Positions 1-9,801 of a stretch of 64,000 nucleotides of DNA are shown here, piece after piece. The stretch's first letter is position 1. Each line of letters opens with the position of its first letter. Origin of the DNA: Candidatus Giovannonibacteria bacterium RIFOXYD1_FULL_48_21 (GTDB lineage Bacteria; Patescibacteriota; Minisyncoccia; JACPKW01; UBA11713); NCBI GenBank assembly GCA_001778985.1, contig MFIU01000001.1:126001-190000 (forward strand), read 5' to 3'. A model generated the notes under the pieces. That model did no database searches, was not told the DNA's origin, and saw nothing but the letters and a program-made list of their open reading frames with translations. Made by a program: the position numbers and the translations under genes.

Positions 1-5
1 TTGCT

Positions 6-218
6 TTAGTTGTGATTGTAGCCGGAGACGGCGAAGTTTCTCTCAAAAAGCTCTCGGTAGTATAGGTCCAGGTCCTGGAGTTTTCTGGTTTGTGCGTCCA
101 TTAGCCGAGAAGTTTCTTCTTCTCTTCGATTATTCTTTTCGCAGTGGCACTGGGCCCTAACGATCATGATTGCCTTTTTGAACCGCGGCGGGAGCTCGCT
201 ATGTTTTAGTGGAACCAT
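6..218 (-). CDS. hypothetical protein (70 aa)
   Basis: ORF with AGGAGG SD-like sequence upstream on the minus strand; no motif recognised. Confidence 0.5.
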   Translation of the reverse strand: MVPLKHSELPPRFKKAIMIVRAQCHCEKNNRREEETSRLMDAQTRKLQDLDLYYRELFERNFAVSGYNHN

Positions 219-307
219 CTTTGACCTCCTTTATAATTCAGATTTCCCCAATCGTGTTATAACTTTATTTTCTATTTTTTGAAAAGTCAAGTATAATACA
301 CTTTCAC

Positions 308-451
308 ATGAAGCGTTTGTCGAAGAGTGTTCGAAAGTTTATTCGCAAAGAAAAATGCCGTCTCAGGCGGCAATTTTTGGATATTAAAACCCAGAACGAA
401 AAAATTAAAGAGTTACTTGCTACCTTGAGATCTACCCACAAAATTCTTTGA
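308..451 (+). CDS. small basic protein (47 aa, MKRLSKSVRKFIRKEK...)
   Basis: Read by hand, below the ORF-track cutoff; TATAAT box about 10 nt upstream of the ATG. Confidence 0.55.
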   Translation: MKRLSKSVRKFIRKEKCRLRRQFLDIKTQNEKIKELLATLRSTHKIL

Positions 452-521
452 CGGCAACTTTTATCGGCGCTAGTCTGATATTAAAGTTCTTGCGGTAAAA
501 ATTTTAGAAGAGGAGGTATGT

Positions 522-740
522 ATGGGCGCAAGCGATGCAGGCGAGGGAGACGCAGTAATTTTTCTGAGGGAACGGGAAGGAGCACACGGCCGGAATATAG
601 AGATTCCGCTGGGGAACGGAAAAGTTCCCATCCCGAGTTTGGACGTGGCGCGATATGTGGCAATGCAAACTGCGCCACAGCAAAATGGAGATATTCGCAT
701 CGCGTTCCGCTTTGGGGGCGAACTTTATCAGATAGTTTGA
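522..740 (+). CDS. hypothetical protein (72 aa)
   Basis: AGGAGGT SD upstream; no family recognised. Confidence 0.45.
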   Translation: MGASDAGEGDAVIFLREREGAHGRNIEIPLGNGKVPIPSLDVARYVAMQTAPQQNGDIRIAFRFGGELYQIV

Positions 741-812
741 TAATCTTGTCCTCGAGATTTTTCGAGCCCTGGACTTTTCGGGGCTCCCTTTTTATGCTAG
801 GATTTAAAAATC

Positions 813-1550
813 ATGGAAAACTTCTTAAGATTTAAAGGAATTATTTCAATCGTAGGTATTTTGCTGGCTATTTTTCTGGCGGTCAAATCCTGGGAATCTT
901 TTCAGGAACTGCGCCTGCCGCGCTTTGACCGGCCTTCGATTTCCATCACCGGAGAAGGCAAGGTTTTCGCGAAGCCGGACATTGCCCAGATTCAGTTCGC
1001 GACTTCGGTGGACCGGACCAGCGTGGCGGAGGCGCAAGAGCGCGCCACTGAACTCATCAACCGAGTCATCGGGGTTTTGAGAGAGAAGGGGGTCGAGGAG
1101 AAAGACATAAAAACAACTTCATATTCTATAAATCCGCGCTACGATTATTCGGACGGAAGACAAATTTTGCGCGGCTACAACGTTACCCAGAATCTGGAAG
1201 TCAAAGTCCGCGACCTCACTAAGGTTGGCGAAATATTAGCGGCCGCGGCCGGGGCCGGAGTGAATCAAATCGGAGGACTTTCGTTTACGACCGAGGACCC
1301 GCAGAGACTTCAGCAAGAAGCGCGAGACAAGGCGATTGAAGATGCAAAACGAAAAGCAGACGAGCTCGCCTCCAAGGTTGGCGTGAGGCTTGGCAAGGTT
1401 GTCGGATTTTTTGAATCCGGAGGCTTCCCGCCGCCGATTCCCCTCTACGGCAAAGGCGGAGATATGGGCATCGCGGAACGGGCGCCGGAGATTCCGGTGG
1501 GCGAGAACGAAATCGTTGTCAACGTTACAATTACTTATCAGTTGAAATAA
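813..1550 (+). CDS. SIMPL/DUF541 family protein
   Basis: N-terminal TM helix; ISITGEGKVFAKPD, I.P.YDY and C-terminal GENEIVVNVTITY motifs. Confidence 0.9.
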   Translation: MENFLRFKGIISIVGILLAIFLAVKSWESFQELRLPRFDRPSISITGEGKVFAKPDIAQIQFATSVDRTSVAEAQERATELINRVIGVLREKGVEEKDIKTTSYSINPRYDYSDGRQILRGYNVTQNLEVKVRDLTKVGEILAAAAGAGVNQIGGLSFTTEDPQRLQQEARDKAIEDAKRKADELASKVGVRLGKVVGFFESGGFPPPIPLYGKGGDMGIAERAPEIPVGENEIVVNVTITYQLK

Positions 1551-1610
1551 AAAGTAAGGCTCCATACTTGGAAAGCACGGAGCCTTAACTTAGAAAACAG
1601 ATACCACTGA

Positions 1611-3146
1611 TTATTCAAGCTCGATTGTGGCTGGCGGTTTTGAAGTTTCATCAAACCACACTCGGGTTACGGCCGGATGCGTGGTCAAAGTGCGGATAAT
1701 TTCTCTGCGCACTTGGGATGGAAGTTCTACGCCCCAGGCGGTCATGAAATCAGAGGTTCTGACGGCTCGGACCACGATTGGATAACCGTAGCTGCGGCCG
1801 TCTCCCTTCACTCCGACGGTCTTTGCGCCGATAAGGGCAACCACGAGCTGCGAGATTTTTCTCTCGAGTTGCGCCTCTTTAATGATGTGCGAGACCTCCC
1901 GGTCCGCCCAGCGCACGATGCCGAGCCGTTCTTCGGTAGCCGGCAGGCCGACCACACGGCAGAAAAGTCCTGGCCCAGGGAATGGCATCCGCTCGGAAAC
2001 TTTCTCCGGAAGGCCTAGGGCTCGAGCTAGATCCCGCACCTCATCTTTGAACAACGCTCGGAGAGGATGGAGCTGCTTGAGGCGCGAGTTGCCAAGATTA
2101 TGGTGGGTCTTTATGTGCGCGGCTTCGCCAACTTTCCCCGATTCGATAATATCGGGGGCGAGCGTGCCTTGAATCAGAAGTTCGATGCCACGACGCGCGG
2201 AGTATTCTTCCAGCGTGGCGAAATATGTTTCTTGGAAGTGTGCTCTTTTCTCTTCTGCATCGGCTAATAACTCGATTCGCCGGAAGGCCGTTGGGTTAGA
2301 GATGATTTCCGCGTTGCTTCCTGCACTCTTCGCATTTTCTTGAATTTCTTCCAGTTCTCCCTCGCGCAGTTGACCCCCATCAATCGTGACCAGGGTAAGC
2401 CGTTCTCCCAAAACCAGTTTTAGAATGCTGGCGAGAATGGTCGAGTCCACTCCGCCGGAATAAGCGAGGAGACAGTTGGCATTTCTAGGAACTTTGGCTG
2501 AAATTTCTTCGCGAATTTCCGCAATCACGTTTTGCGCCGACCAGTCTGGCACAGCCCCACAGATATCCAGAAAGTTTTTAAGAATACGCGGGCCGTACTC
2601 CGTCTGTTCCACTTCCGGATGAAACTGTAGTCCCCAAATGGGGCGCTCTTTGTGACGGATTGCGGCAATCGTCCTGCCATCGCCACTTTCACCTATATCG
2701 TCAAACCAAAGTGGCATTACCCTTACGCTGTCGCCATGACTTGCCCAAATTGTGCTGTACTTAGGGACATTTCGAAGGTCATAACCCCAAGGAACTCCTT
2801 CCAGGAGGCCAGTGGGACTTCCAGAAAATTGGGCGGGTCCATATTCAATAAGTGTCTCTTCTCGCCGTATCTCACCACCAAAGACTTGAACCAGCCAATG
2901 CATCCCAAGACAGATTCCTAGAATAGGAACATTCAGTTTCAGAATGTTTTCGGGGGGTTGAGGCGAGTCCGAATCATAGATGCTGGCGGCTCCTCCGGAG
3001 AGAATAATGCCTCTGGGAGTTTCTTTGGCGAGATATTCTTCTACTTCCCGCGGGGGGAGAATTAGGGAGCGCACTCCCAACTCCCGCAAACGCCGTCCAA
3101 TAAGCAAGGTGTACTGCGAACCCAGGTCAATAATCAGTATCTGCAT
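1611..3146 (-). CDS. guaA: GMP synthase (glutamine-hydrolysing)
   Basis: DLGSQYT, GICLG, QFHPE, SGGVDS, HHN, FPGPGL and KPPATIELE motifs. Confidence 0.97.
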   Translation of the reverse strand: MQILIIDLGSQYTLLIGRRLRELGVRSLILPPREVEEYLAKETPRGIILSGGAASIYDSDSPQPPENILKLNVPILGICLGMHWLVQVFGGEIRREETLIEYGPAQFSGSPTGLLEGVPWGYDLRNVPKYSTIWASHGDSVRVMPLWFDDIGESGDGRTIAAIRHKERPIWGLQFHPEVEQTEYGPRILKNFLDICGAVPDWSAQNVIAEIREEISAKVPRNANCLLAYSGGVDSTILASILKLVLGERLTLVTIDGGQLREGELEEIQENAKSAGSNAEIISNPTAFRRIELLADAEEKRAHFQETYFATLEEYSARRGIELLIQGTLAPDIIESGKVGEAAHIKTHHNLGNSRLKQLHPLRALFKDEVRDLARALGLPEKVSERMPFPGPGLFCRVVGLPATEERLGIVRWADREVSHIIKEAQLERKISQLVVALIGAKTVGVKGDGRSYGYPIVVRAVRTSDFMTAWGVELPSQVRREIIRTLTTHPAVTRVWFDETSKPPATIELE

Positions 3147-3209
3147 TTTTCCTTCCCCTTTCTATAAAAGAAGTTTTCAACATCATAACATATGTTATAC
3201 TGACTTTAT

Positions 3210-4151
3210 ATGGAACCAAAAACCGGCCCCAAAGACGTCTTTCTGCATCTGCTCTCGATAATCGCGCTTTATGTCGCGGCTGGAAGTTTTATCGCGCTCG
3301 TTTTCCAATATATAAATGTTCTCTTTCCAGACCCCCTGACGAGCGGGTACAACTACCTCGCTTCGGCTTATAGCGGCATTCGCTGGTCTATCTCGGTTTT
3401 GATTGTGGTTTTTCCGGTATATCTTTGGTCCATCTGGTTTCTGAACAAAAATTACGCGCTCTCTCCGGAGAAAAGAGAATTGAAATCCAGAAAATGGCTT
3501 ATCTATTTCACGCTTTTCGCGGCCGCGCTTATCATCATCGGTGACCTGATTACTTTGATTTTTAACTTTTTGCAGGGCGAACTATCCCTCCGCTTTTTCC
3601 TGAAAATCATCGCGGTCGGTGTCGTAGCGGCGGTGATTTTCTGGTACTACCTTTCAGAGCTCCGGAGCCGCGCAGGATTTTCCGCTAAATATTTCGCTTA
3701 TCCCGTAAGCGCCGCGGTGCTCCTTGCGGTTATTGCCGGTTTTTTCGTAGTTGGCTCGCCGCAAGAGGAGCGGGTTTTCAGGTTTGACGAGCAAAGAGTT
3801 TATGATTTACAGATGATTCAGGGACAACTTGTGAGTTTTTGGCAGACCAAAGAGAAATTGCCGCAAAATCTTTCCGAACTTTCCGACCCTATCTCCGGAT
3901 TTGTCGCACCGAAAGACCCCGAGTCTGGACAAGATTACGCTTACAAGAAGACAGGCAATTTGAGTTTCAAACTCTGCGCCAATTTTTCGCGTCCGAGCCG
4001 CGAGCCCGGCACTCCCGGCGCAAAACCGGCAGCCGGCCTCGAAGCCCCTTTCCCTTACTTTGGGTCAGAAAATTGGCAGCATGAAACCGGCTCGGTCTGC
4101 TTTGAGAGGACGATTGACCCGGAAAGATATCCGCCTCTGCCCAAGCGTTGA
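3210..4151 (+). CDS. multi-pass membrane protein (DUF5671-like)
   Basis: Several TM helices followed by a soluble C-terminal domain with a Cys pair. Confidence 0.7.
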   Translation: MEPKTGPKDVFLHLLSIIALYVAAGSFIALVFQYINVLFPDPLTSGYNYLASAYSGIRWSISVLIVVFPVYLWSIWFLNKNYALSPEKRELKSRKWLIYFTLFAAALIIIGDLITLIFNFLQGELSLRFFLKIIAVGVVAAVIFWYYLSELRSRAGFSAKYFAYPVSAAVLLAVIAGFFVVGSPQEERVFRFDEQRVYDLQMIQGQLVSFWQTKEKLPQNLSELSDPISGFVAPKDPESGQDYAYKKTGNLSFKLCANFSRPSREPGTPGAKPAAGLEAPFPYFGSENWQHETGSVCFERTIDPERYPPLPKR

Positions 4152-4600
4152 AGCGAGAAATTTTTCTCATCCTCCACAACATTCGGAGTCTATATAATGT
4201 AGGCGCGATTTTTCGGACCGCGGACGCGGCCGGGGTCTCAAAAATTTTTTTGACCGGATATACTCCTTTGCCCGCCGCCAAAACTGCGCTCGGAGCCGAA
4301 AAGTACGTCCCTTGGGAAAAGCTTCGATATATCGAAGCAGCAGTAAGGAGATTAAAAAAAGAAAAAGTTCCAATAGTTGCGCTTGAGCAATCGTCCAAAG
4401 CAACTGATTATCGAAAATTCAAGCCGAAGTTTCCGATGGCGCTCGTTCTCGGCAACGAAGTCCGTGGACTTTCAAAACCTCTTTTGAAAAAGTGCGATAA
4501 AATAATTTACATTCCGCTCTACGGCAAAAAAGAGTCTCTTAACGTTTCTGTCGCCGCCGGCGTGGCACTTTTCGGCTTAATACGAAACTTCAGAGATTAA
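4148..4600 (+). CDS. TrmH/SpoU family RNA methyltransferase
   Basis: NIRSLYNVGAIFRTAD, VLGNEVRG and ESLNVSVA SPOUT motifs. Confidence 0.93.
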   Translation: MKREIFLILHNIRSLYNVGAIFRTADAAGVSKIFLTGYTPLPAAKTALGAEKYVPWEKLRYIEAAVRRLKKEKVPIVALEQSSKATDYRKFKPKFPMALVLGNEVRGLSKPLLKKCDKIIYIPLYGKKESLNVSVAAGVALFGLIRNFRD

Positions 4601-5431
4601 ATTTCCGGCCTGGTCAAAGATGCGCACGGAGTCGTGGCGGTTGGACCAGAATTCGCTCTCTCTTCCCATAAAAATCCGCCATTCTTTCTGGTCAAAATCC
4701 GCGTCGTTTTTGAAATCTTTAACACAGCCGGTGTAGTTCGCGTGCTCTGCCACAAACTGGGAACATTCGTCGTCAATGCCCGAGGAGAAATTAATGGTCG
4801 GAGAGGTGCAGTAGGCGATGCGCTCGACGAAAATTTGGCATTTCTCTTTTAAGTTTTTGAATTTGGCAAGCTCGTCCAGCCGCGGGCAGGAGAAAGGCAG
4901 GTCGGGATAATAAGTTTTATTCTGCGCCAGATAGCCCGAGCATTTGTTAACCTTGAAATTGAATCCGCGGGGGCTCTCGCCAGTGGCGATAACGGCGCGC
5001 TCGCCGGGATTTAGAAAAATCGCGCTTCCGAATTCGTCCCGGCCCACTTCAATGGTTTCATTGTTCCGGTTTTTCAGGATAAGGCCGGTTATGACCACTT
5101 TTATTTTGTTCAGGTTTGGAGCGGAGATTTGAATATGCTCACGTTCAAGTTCCAGCCGCGTGCCTCCGGAAGACAGGAGGTTTAGTTGGCCTGGGCTTAT
5201 TGGGACGATGGGCGTTGGCAGAGGTGCCGGTGCCGGAGGAGTGGGTGAGGGAGCTGGAGAGGGAGCTGGCCGTAATTCTTCTTCCACGGTTCCTTCTCTG
5301 GAAGGGGAACCGAAACGAATGCCCGAGCCGCCGAAAAGCCCATCGCCTCTGGAAGAGATTAAAATCACTCCGAGCACAATCAGAAAAAGCCAAATCCAAT
5401 GGTCACCGGCTGGTTTTTCATTGTCCGCCAT
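4577..5431 (-). CDS. membrane-anchored secreted protein with Pro-rich linker
   Basis: N-terminal TM, PAPSPAPSPTPP linker, Cys-rich extracellular domain. Confidence 0.7.
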   Translation of the reverse strand: MADNEKPAGDHWIWLFLIVLGVILISSRGDGLFGGSGIRFGSPSREGTVEEELRPAPSPAPSPTPPAPAPLPTPIVPISPGQLNLLSSGGTRLELEREHIQISAPNLNKIKVVITGLILKNRNNETIEVGRDEFGSAIFLNPGERAVIATGESPRGFNFKVNKCSGYLAQNKTYYPDLPFSCPRLDELAKFKNLKEKCQIFVERIAYCTSPTINFSSGIDDECSQFVAEHANYTGCVKDFKNDADFDQKEWRIFMGRESEFWSNRHDSVRIFDQAGNLISEVSY

Positions 5432-5510
5432 AGTTATATTTTATCGCTTTTGTAACCCTTTTGACAATAAAGCTAGAATATAGTAATATATTGACGGATA
5501 AGGAGGATTT

Positions 5511-5678
5511 ATGAAGAAAGAACAACTAGAGGAAGAGTTATTTTTGTTGCCTCCGGATGATAAAGAGAAGAGTTTGAAACGCATCCAAAAAGCAGCGCGG
5601 CGGAGGCATAAGTCTTCGAGATGGATAAGAGACCTTTCGATCCTGAAAGCCAAGTTGGATCGGAAGAAATCCAACTGA
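5511..5678 (+). CDS. small basic protein (55 aa, MKKEQLEEELF...)
   Basis: Read by hand; AGGAGGA SD; TTGACA-17-TAATAT promoter-like sequence at 5461-5489. Confidence 0.5.
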   Translation: MKKEQLEEELFLLPPDDKEKSLKRIQKAARRRHKSSRWIRDLSILKAKLDRKKSN

Positions 5679-5722
5679 CTGAAAGACTTGGCAAATTCAG
5701 AAGATTGGCATAGGATATCCCT

Positions 5723-6124
5723 ATGCCATCTTTGTTTCCGGACCTTTTTGTTTTCGAACAATTCGCTCCACTGATTTTACGCCTGGTCTTGGGTGCGGTT
5801 TTTATAGTTCATGGCTATCCCAAGCTTTTCACTCAATTTGCCGAAACGGCCCAATTTTTTGAAGCCGTAAATATCAGGCCCGCGAAGTTCTTGGTTTTTG
5901 TCGTGGGTATTGTTGAATTTTTCGGCGGAATATTTTTGGTCGCTGGTTTTTTGACCCAGCTTGTCGCGGCCTTGATTGCGATAGATATGATGGTCGCGAT
6001 TTGGAAAGTAAAATTTCGACAAGGTTTTTTCGGAGGTTATGAGTTTGATTTGGCGCTTCTGGCCATGGCGGTTTCTTTAATATTGCTGGGTCCTGGAAAA
6101 TTTTCCTTAGATTTGCCATTTTAG
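5723..6124 (+). CDS. DoxX family membrane protein
   Basis: LRLVLGAVFIVHGYPKL, GYEFDL and GPGKFSLD motifs. Confidence 0.92.
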   Translation: MPSLFPDLFVFEQFAPLILRLVLGAVFIVHGYPKLFTQFAETAQFFEAVNIRPAKFLVFVVGIVEFFGGIFLVAGFLTQLVAALIAIDMMVAIWKVKFRQGFFGGYEFDLALLAMAVSLILLGPGKFSLDLPF

Positions 6125-6131
6125 ATTAAAT

Positions 6132-6620
6132 ATGCCGGAGAAAGCAAAATTCATGAGCGCGGGACTTAGCTTAAGCTTCGACGAGCTCGTCGAGCGGCTG
6201 ATTGAATTTGTCAAAGAACAGCCGCAGCGCGAATATAAAATCGTGGTGGGGACGGATTCCAAGGCCGAACAAAGGGTGCGATTTGTGACCGCGGTTGCGA
6301 TTCTACGCGTCAGAAACGGGGCAAGGTACTTCTGGACTCGAAGCGAGGAATTTTTTGTTCCCACTCTACGGGACAGAATTTATAAAGAAACCATGTACTC
6401 GATTGCCTTCACCCAGGAGCTTCGCTCGCGCCTGAAGGATAAACTCGGAGAGGAATTTTTCTGGGACGGAAAAATCTCGGTGCACTTGGACGTGGGTCAA
6501 AACGGCCCGACCAAAGAACTGATTGACGCGGTGGTGGGGATGGTAAGGGGCTACGGCCTGGAAGCGGTCATTAAGCCGGATTCTTTCGGCGCCTTCGTAG
6601 TGGCCGATAGACATACTTAA
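6132..6620 (+). CDS. RNase H-like YkuK/DUF458 family protein
   Basis: IVVGTDS, VHLDVGQNGPT and KPDSFGA..VADRHT motifs. Confidence 0.88.
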   Translation: MPEKAKFMSAGLSLSFDELVERLIEFVKEQPQREYKIVVGTDSKAEQRVRFVTAVAILRVRNGARYFWTRSEEFFVPTLRDRIYKETMYSIAFTQELRSRLKDKLGEEFFWDGKISVHLDVGQNGPTKELIDAVVGMVRGYGLEAVIKPDSFGAFVVADRHT

Positions 6621-6625
6621 TTTTT

Positions 6626-6697
6626 GTCCCCATAGCTTAACGGATAAAGTACAGCCCTCCGAAGGCTGGGATCGAGGTTCAATTCCTCGTGGGGACG
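6626..6697 (+). tRNA. tRNA-Arg(CCG)
   Basis: Cloverleaf: acceptor GTCCCCA/TGGGGAC, anticodon arm CAGCC-CTCCGAA-GGCTG, T-loop TTCAATT. Confidence 0.95.
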
Positions 6698-6698
6698 C

Positions 6699-6769
6699 CG
6701 GGCTGTAGTATAGCGGTAGTACACAAGGCTGGGGGTCTTGTAGCCGGGGTCCGACTCCCCGCAGCCCGA
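6699..6769 (+). tRNA. tRNA-Pro(GGG)
   Basis: Acceptor CGGGCTG/CAGCCCG, anticodon loop CTGGGGG; non-canonical T-loop TCCGACT. Confidence 0.9.
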
Positions 6770-6781
6770 CACTTCGACTTT

Positions 6782-9307
6782 TTATAATATCGCCAGCTCT
6801 TCTGGAGTTAGAGAAAATTCTGCTCCTGGTTTGAGTTCTCCTCGGATGATTTTCTCGGAAATCAGTTTTTCGATTTTGTCCTGAATGAAGCGCTGCATGG
6901 GGCGCGCTCCAAGCGAAGGATTGTAACCTCCTTGAGTTACGGCCTCAATCAGCGCCTCATTTATCCGCAAGAGATAATTTTGCTTTTCGAGTCTTTCCTG
7001 AAGTTTTTTTAAGGCGAGCTCGGAGATTTTTTTCAAAACTTTGAAGCCGAGCGGCCGAAAGACAATCACGGCGTCAAAACGATTCAAAAGTTCCGGACTT
7101 ATGATTTTTTCTCTCTGAATGTGGGTGATAATTTTTTCCTGAAGCTTGGTTTTGTCCAATCCTTGTTTCACGAGTTCCCAGATAATTTCGCTTCCGGCGT
7201 TGGAGGTCGCGACAATGATGGTATTTCGCATATTGATGCGCTTCCCCAGATAATCAGTGAAAAATCCTTCGTCTAAAACCTGCAGGAAAAGATTTCGGAC
7301 TTTGGGATTTGATTTTTCAAATTCGTCGAGGAGTACGACGCTATACGGCGAGGAAAGAATTTTGGAGGCGAGCAGGCCCGGCTCGTTTTTGGCGAAAGAG
7401 CCGACCAATCTCTCCAGGCTGTCCTCGCTTTGATACTCGGACATATCGAAACGCAGCATGGCTTCTTCGTTGCCGAAGTAGATGTGGGCGAGGGTTTTGG
7501 CGGTTTCGGTTTTTCCCACGCCAGTCGGCCCCAGGAACATGAAACTGCCGATTGGTTTTTGGGGATTTCTGATTCCGGAGCGGGCCCGGCGAATCGCGTT
7601 CGCGATAGAATTGATGGCCTCCTCCTGGTCCACCACTCTTTGGTGCAAAATTTCTTCAAGCCCCAGAAGTTTTTTCTTCTCTTCTTCGGAAATCTCGCCT
7701 AATGGCATTTTGGTCTTGCGGCTCACGATTTCCAGCGCCAGCCCAGGCTCGATAATGGCCTGATGCCGCCCAGCCCCTTCTTTGAAGACCTCCTCCATTA
7801 AATCCACGGCGCGTTTCGGCAAGGAGCCCTCGACCAGATTTTGGGTGGCGGCCTCTGCGATTTTTTGAAGCGCGGCGTACGAGAAAAGAGCGCGTCCAGA
7901 GAAGGCTCTTTCCAATTCCGGAGCCAAGTCTTCCAGAATTCTCATAAGATTTTCCAGGTTGGGTTCCGGAAGTTCAATCCGCTCAAAAAATTTCATTAAA
8001 GCCTGGTTGGGTTCAAGAATTCTTCTGGCGCTCGTCCGGTCGGCTAAGGCCAAGATGTGGAGTTTTGAGCTTCCCAGATACGGCGACAAAAGTTCCAAGA
8101 TATTTATGCCCAGGGTGGAAAGAGATTGGGTGAATTCAGGAAAATTGTCGATTGCAAAAATTATGTTTCCGGCCCGGACCGCCTCATTGAAAAGCCTTAT
8201 CAAAATAGCTTCAATTTCCCCCTTATCTTTTCCGGATGCCACGGCCGACTCCGCGTAAAGTTTGAAAACGCGTTTATGTTCGAGCTCTGGAAAAATTTTT
8301 CCTTGCGAGATCATCCGGACCAGGCCCAGCAACACGGTGTGCTTGCCGACTCCGGGTTCTCCAACAATAAGAACGTTTGCCCCGGAGCTTTTCAGGAGAG
8401 CTTTTTCAACCAGTTCCACTTCCCGGCCCCGGCCCACGAGTTTTTCTTTTCTGGACGACGCTTCGCCAACCAGGTCATAGGCGAATCTTTCCAAAAAATA
8501 CGTTTCGCCGTAGGCAAAATCCTTGCCTATTCCTGGAATCCTGGCGAGATTTTCCCGGCGCCACCAGCGCTTTCTTTGATTTTCGGCGAGGGCTTCCCGC
8601 TCCGTCCAGCGAACCGCCTTTGCCGCACCCTCCGGCGTAGTTCCTTTTTCAATCAGGAATTCCCGAAAAGCTCTATGATTTTCAAAAAGCGCGAAGACCA
8701 AATCCGAGAAAAATATTTCACTCCCCGTCTCCTTTTTAGTCTCGAGGTAGTTGAGAAATTCCTGAAGTGAGAGGACTTCTCGAGGAGATTTTTCAAGAAT
8801 CTTTCCGTATTCTCGAGCAGTGAGTCCCAAGCGCCCAAGCGACTTTTGGCCGAGTTTGATTTGTCCAAGGGAGCGAAGAAGCCCGTTTAAGTCCGCCCTC
8901 GGAGAAAAATATATTTGGTACCAGAGCCAGGCGGCGTAGAGATTAAACATTTTGGCGAGATTTTTGGCGCCCGTTTCTCCGTTTGGATTTCTTGTTTTGG
9001 AATTGAAAAAACTTTGAAGGGCGAGAAGCCCGAGCCGCAAGGAAAGAAGAATATATAAAATCCCGAGCCAGAATTCGAAGGGCAGTCCCAGAAGACTGGG
9101 CGGTGCGAGCGGCAGGCGGTAGCCGTAAAAAGACGGCAGGTTTTGAAAAAGTTTTACCAAAAGCGAATATAGGAGCGGCAGAGAAAAAATAAGCAAAGCC
9201 CAGTTTAAAGCGCGCCCGATTTTGCGCCGAAGGCCGGAAGGAAAAATATTTTCCAAAACCAAGGCGCCGAAGAAGCGGTTTTCCGGAAAATTAAAGTAGG
9301 CCGGCAT
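6782..9307 (-). CDS. ClpA/ClpB-like AAA+ ATPase with N-terminal membrane region
   Basis: Two Walker A motifs (GEPGVGKH, GPTGVGKT), RFDMSEY, LLDEFEK, GARPMQR; hydrophobic N-terminus. Confidence 0.9.
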   Translation of the reverse strand: MPAYFNFPENRFFGALVLENIFPSGLRRKIGRALNWALLIFSLPLLYSLLVKLFQNLPSFYGYRLPLAPPSLLGLPFEFWLGILYILLSLRLGLLALQSFFNSKTRNPNGETGAKNLAKMFNLYAAWLWYQIYFSPRADLNGLLRSLGQIKLGQKSLGRLGLTAREYGKILEKSPREVLSLQEFLNYLETKKETGSEIFFSDLVFALFENHRAFREFLIEKGTTPEGAAKAVRWTEREALAENQRKRWWRRENLARIPGIGKDFAYGETYFLERFAYDLVGEASSRKEKLVGRGREVELVEKALLKSSGANVLIVGEPGVGKHTVLLGLVRMISQGKIFPELEHKRVFKLYAESAVASGKDKGEIEAILIRLFNEAVRAGNIIFAIDNFPEFTQSLSTLGINILELLSPYLGSSKLHILALADRTSARRILEPNQALMKFFERIELPEPNLENLMRILEDLAPELERAFSGRALFSYAALQKIAEAATQNLVEGSLPKRAVDLMEEVFKEGAGRHQAIIEPGLALEIVSRKTKMPLGEISEEEKKKLLGLEEILHQRVVDQEEAINSIANAIRRARSGIRNPQKPIGSFMFLGPTGVGKTETAKTLAHIYFGNEEAMLRFDMSEYQSEDSLERLVGSFAKNEPGLLASKILSSPYSVVLLDEFEKSNPKVRNLFLQVLDEGFFTDYLGKRINMRNTIIVATSNAGSEIIWELVKQGLDKTKLQEKIITHIQREKIISPELLNRFDAVIVFRPLGFKVLKKISELALKKLQERLEKQNYLLRINEALIEAVTQGGYNPSLGARPMQRFIQDKIEKLISEKIIRGELKPGAEFSLTPEELAIL

Positions 9308-9310
9308 AAA

Positions 9311-9700
9311 CTAGAGTAGAGCCATGGTTAATCCGGCCAAGAAAAGCAGAGGAATTAAAAGCGGCAGAAAAATCCAGGCCGCAAAGACCGGGATTAAGGC
9401 CAATAAAAGAAAAAGCTCGACCAAGAGGCCGGCCAGAAGAAGAATGGTTCTTAGGATAAATCCGACGAGGCGCGAGATGAGATTTACGATAAGCGTTTCA
9501 AAAAGCGCCTGGGGGTCAAAGCCGCGGCGGTATTTTTCCGAAAGCCGCCAGATGGGGGAGAGAAGAGTTTTGGCCAAAAGCGGGATAGAGAAAAAGTGAT
9601 AGAAAAACCAGAAGAAATTTTTGGCGAGCTCGAGAATATCTTTCAGGGCAGAGCCGTAATGCCAGATAAAATATTCGCGGATGAAGATAGCCAGCGCCAC
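9311..9700 (-). CDS. membrane protein upstream of the Clp-like ATPase
   Basis: Hydrophobic ORF (YFIWHY, FFSIPLLAKTLLSPIWR); GTG start chosen after a TATAAT box. Confidence 0.7.
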   Translation of the reverse strand: MALAIFIREYFIWHYGSALKDILELAKNFFWFFYHFFSIPLLAKTLLSPIWRLSEKYRRGFDPQALFETLIVNLISRLVGFILRTILLLAGLLVELFLLLALIPVFAAWIFLPLLIPLLFLAGLTMALL

Positions 9701-9730
9701 TCCTATATTATAGCAGAACAAGTTTGATTT

Positions 9731-9757
9731 TGGTCCGCCCACCAGGCCTCGAACCTA
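9731..9757 (-). other. isolated tRNA 3'-half fragment (T-arm, acceptor strand, CCA)
   Basis: Reverse complement reads TAGGTTCGAGGCCTGGTGGGCGGACCA; no 5' half found. Confidence 0.65.
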
Positions 9758-9801
9758 ACCAACAGCAGTTCGTGTATCCTGTGTGGTATACTTGGTTGTA
9801 C

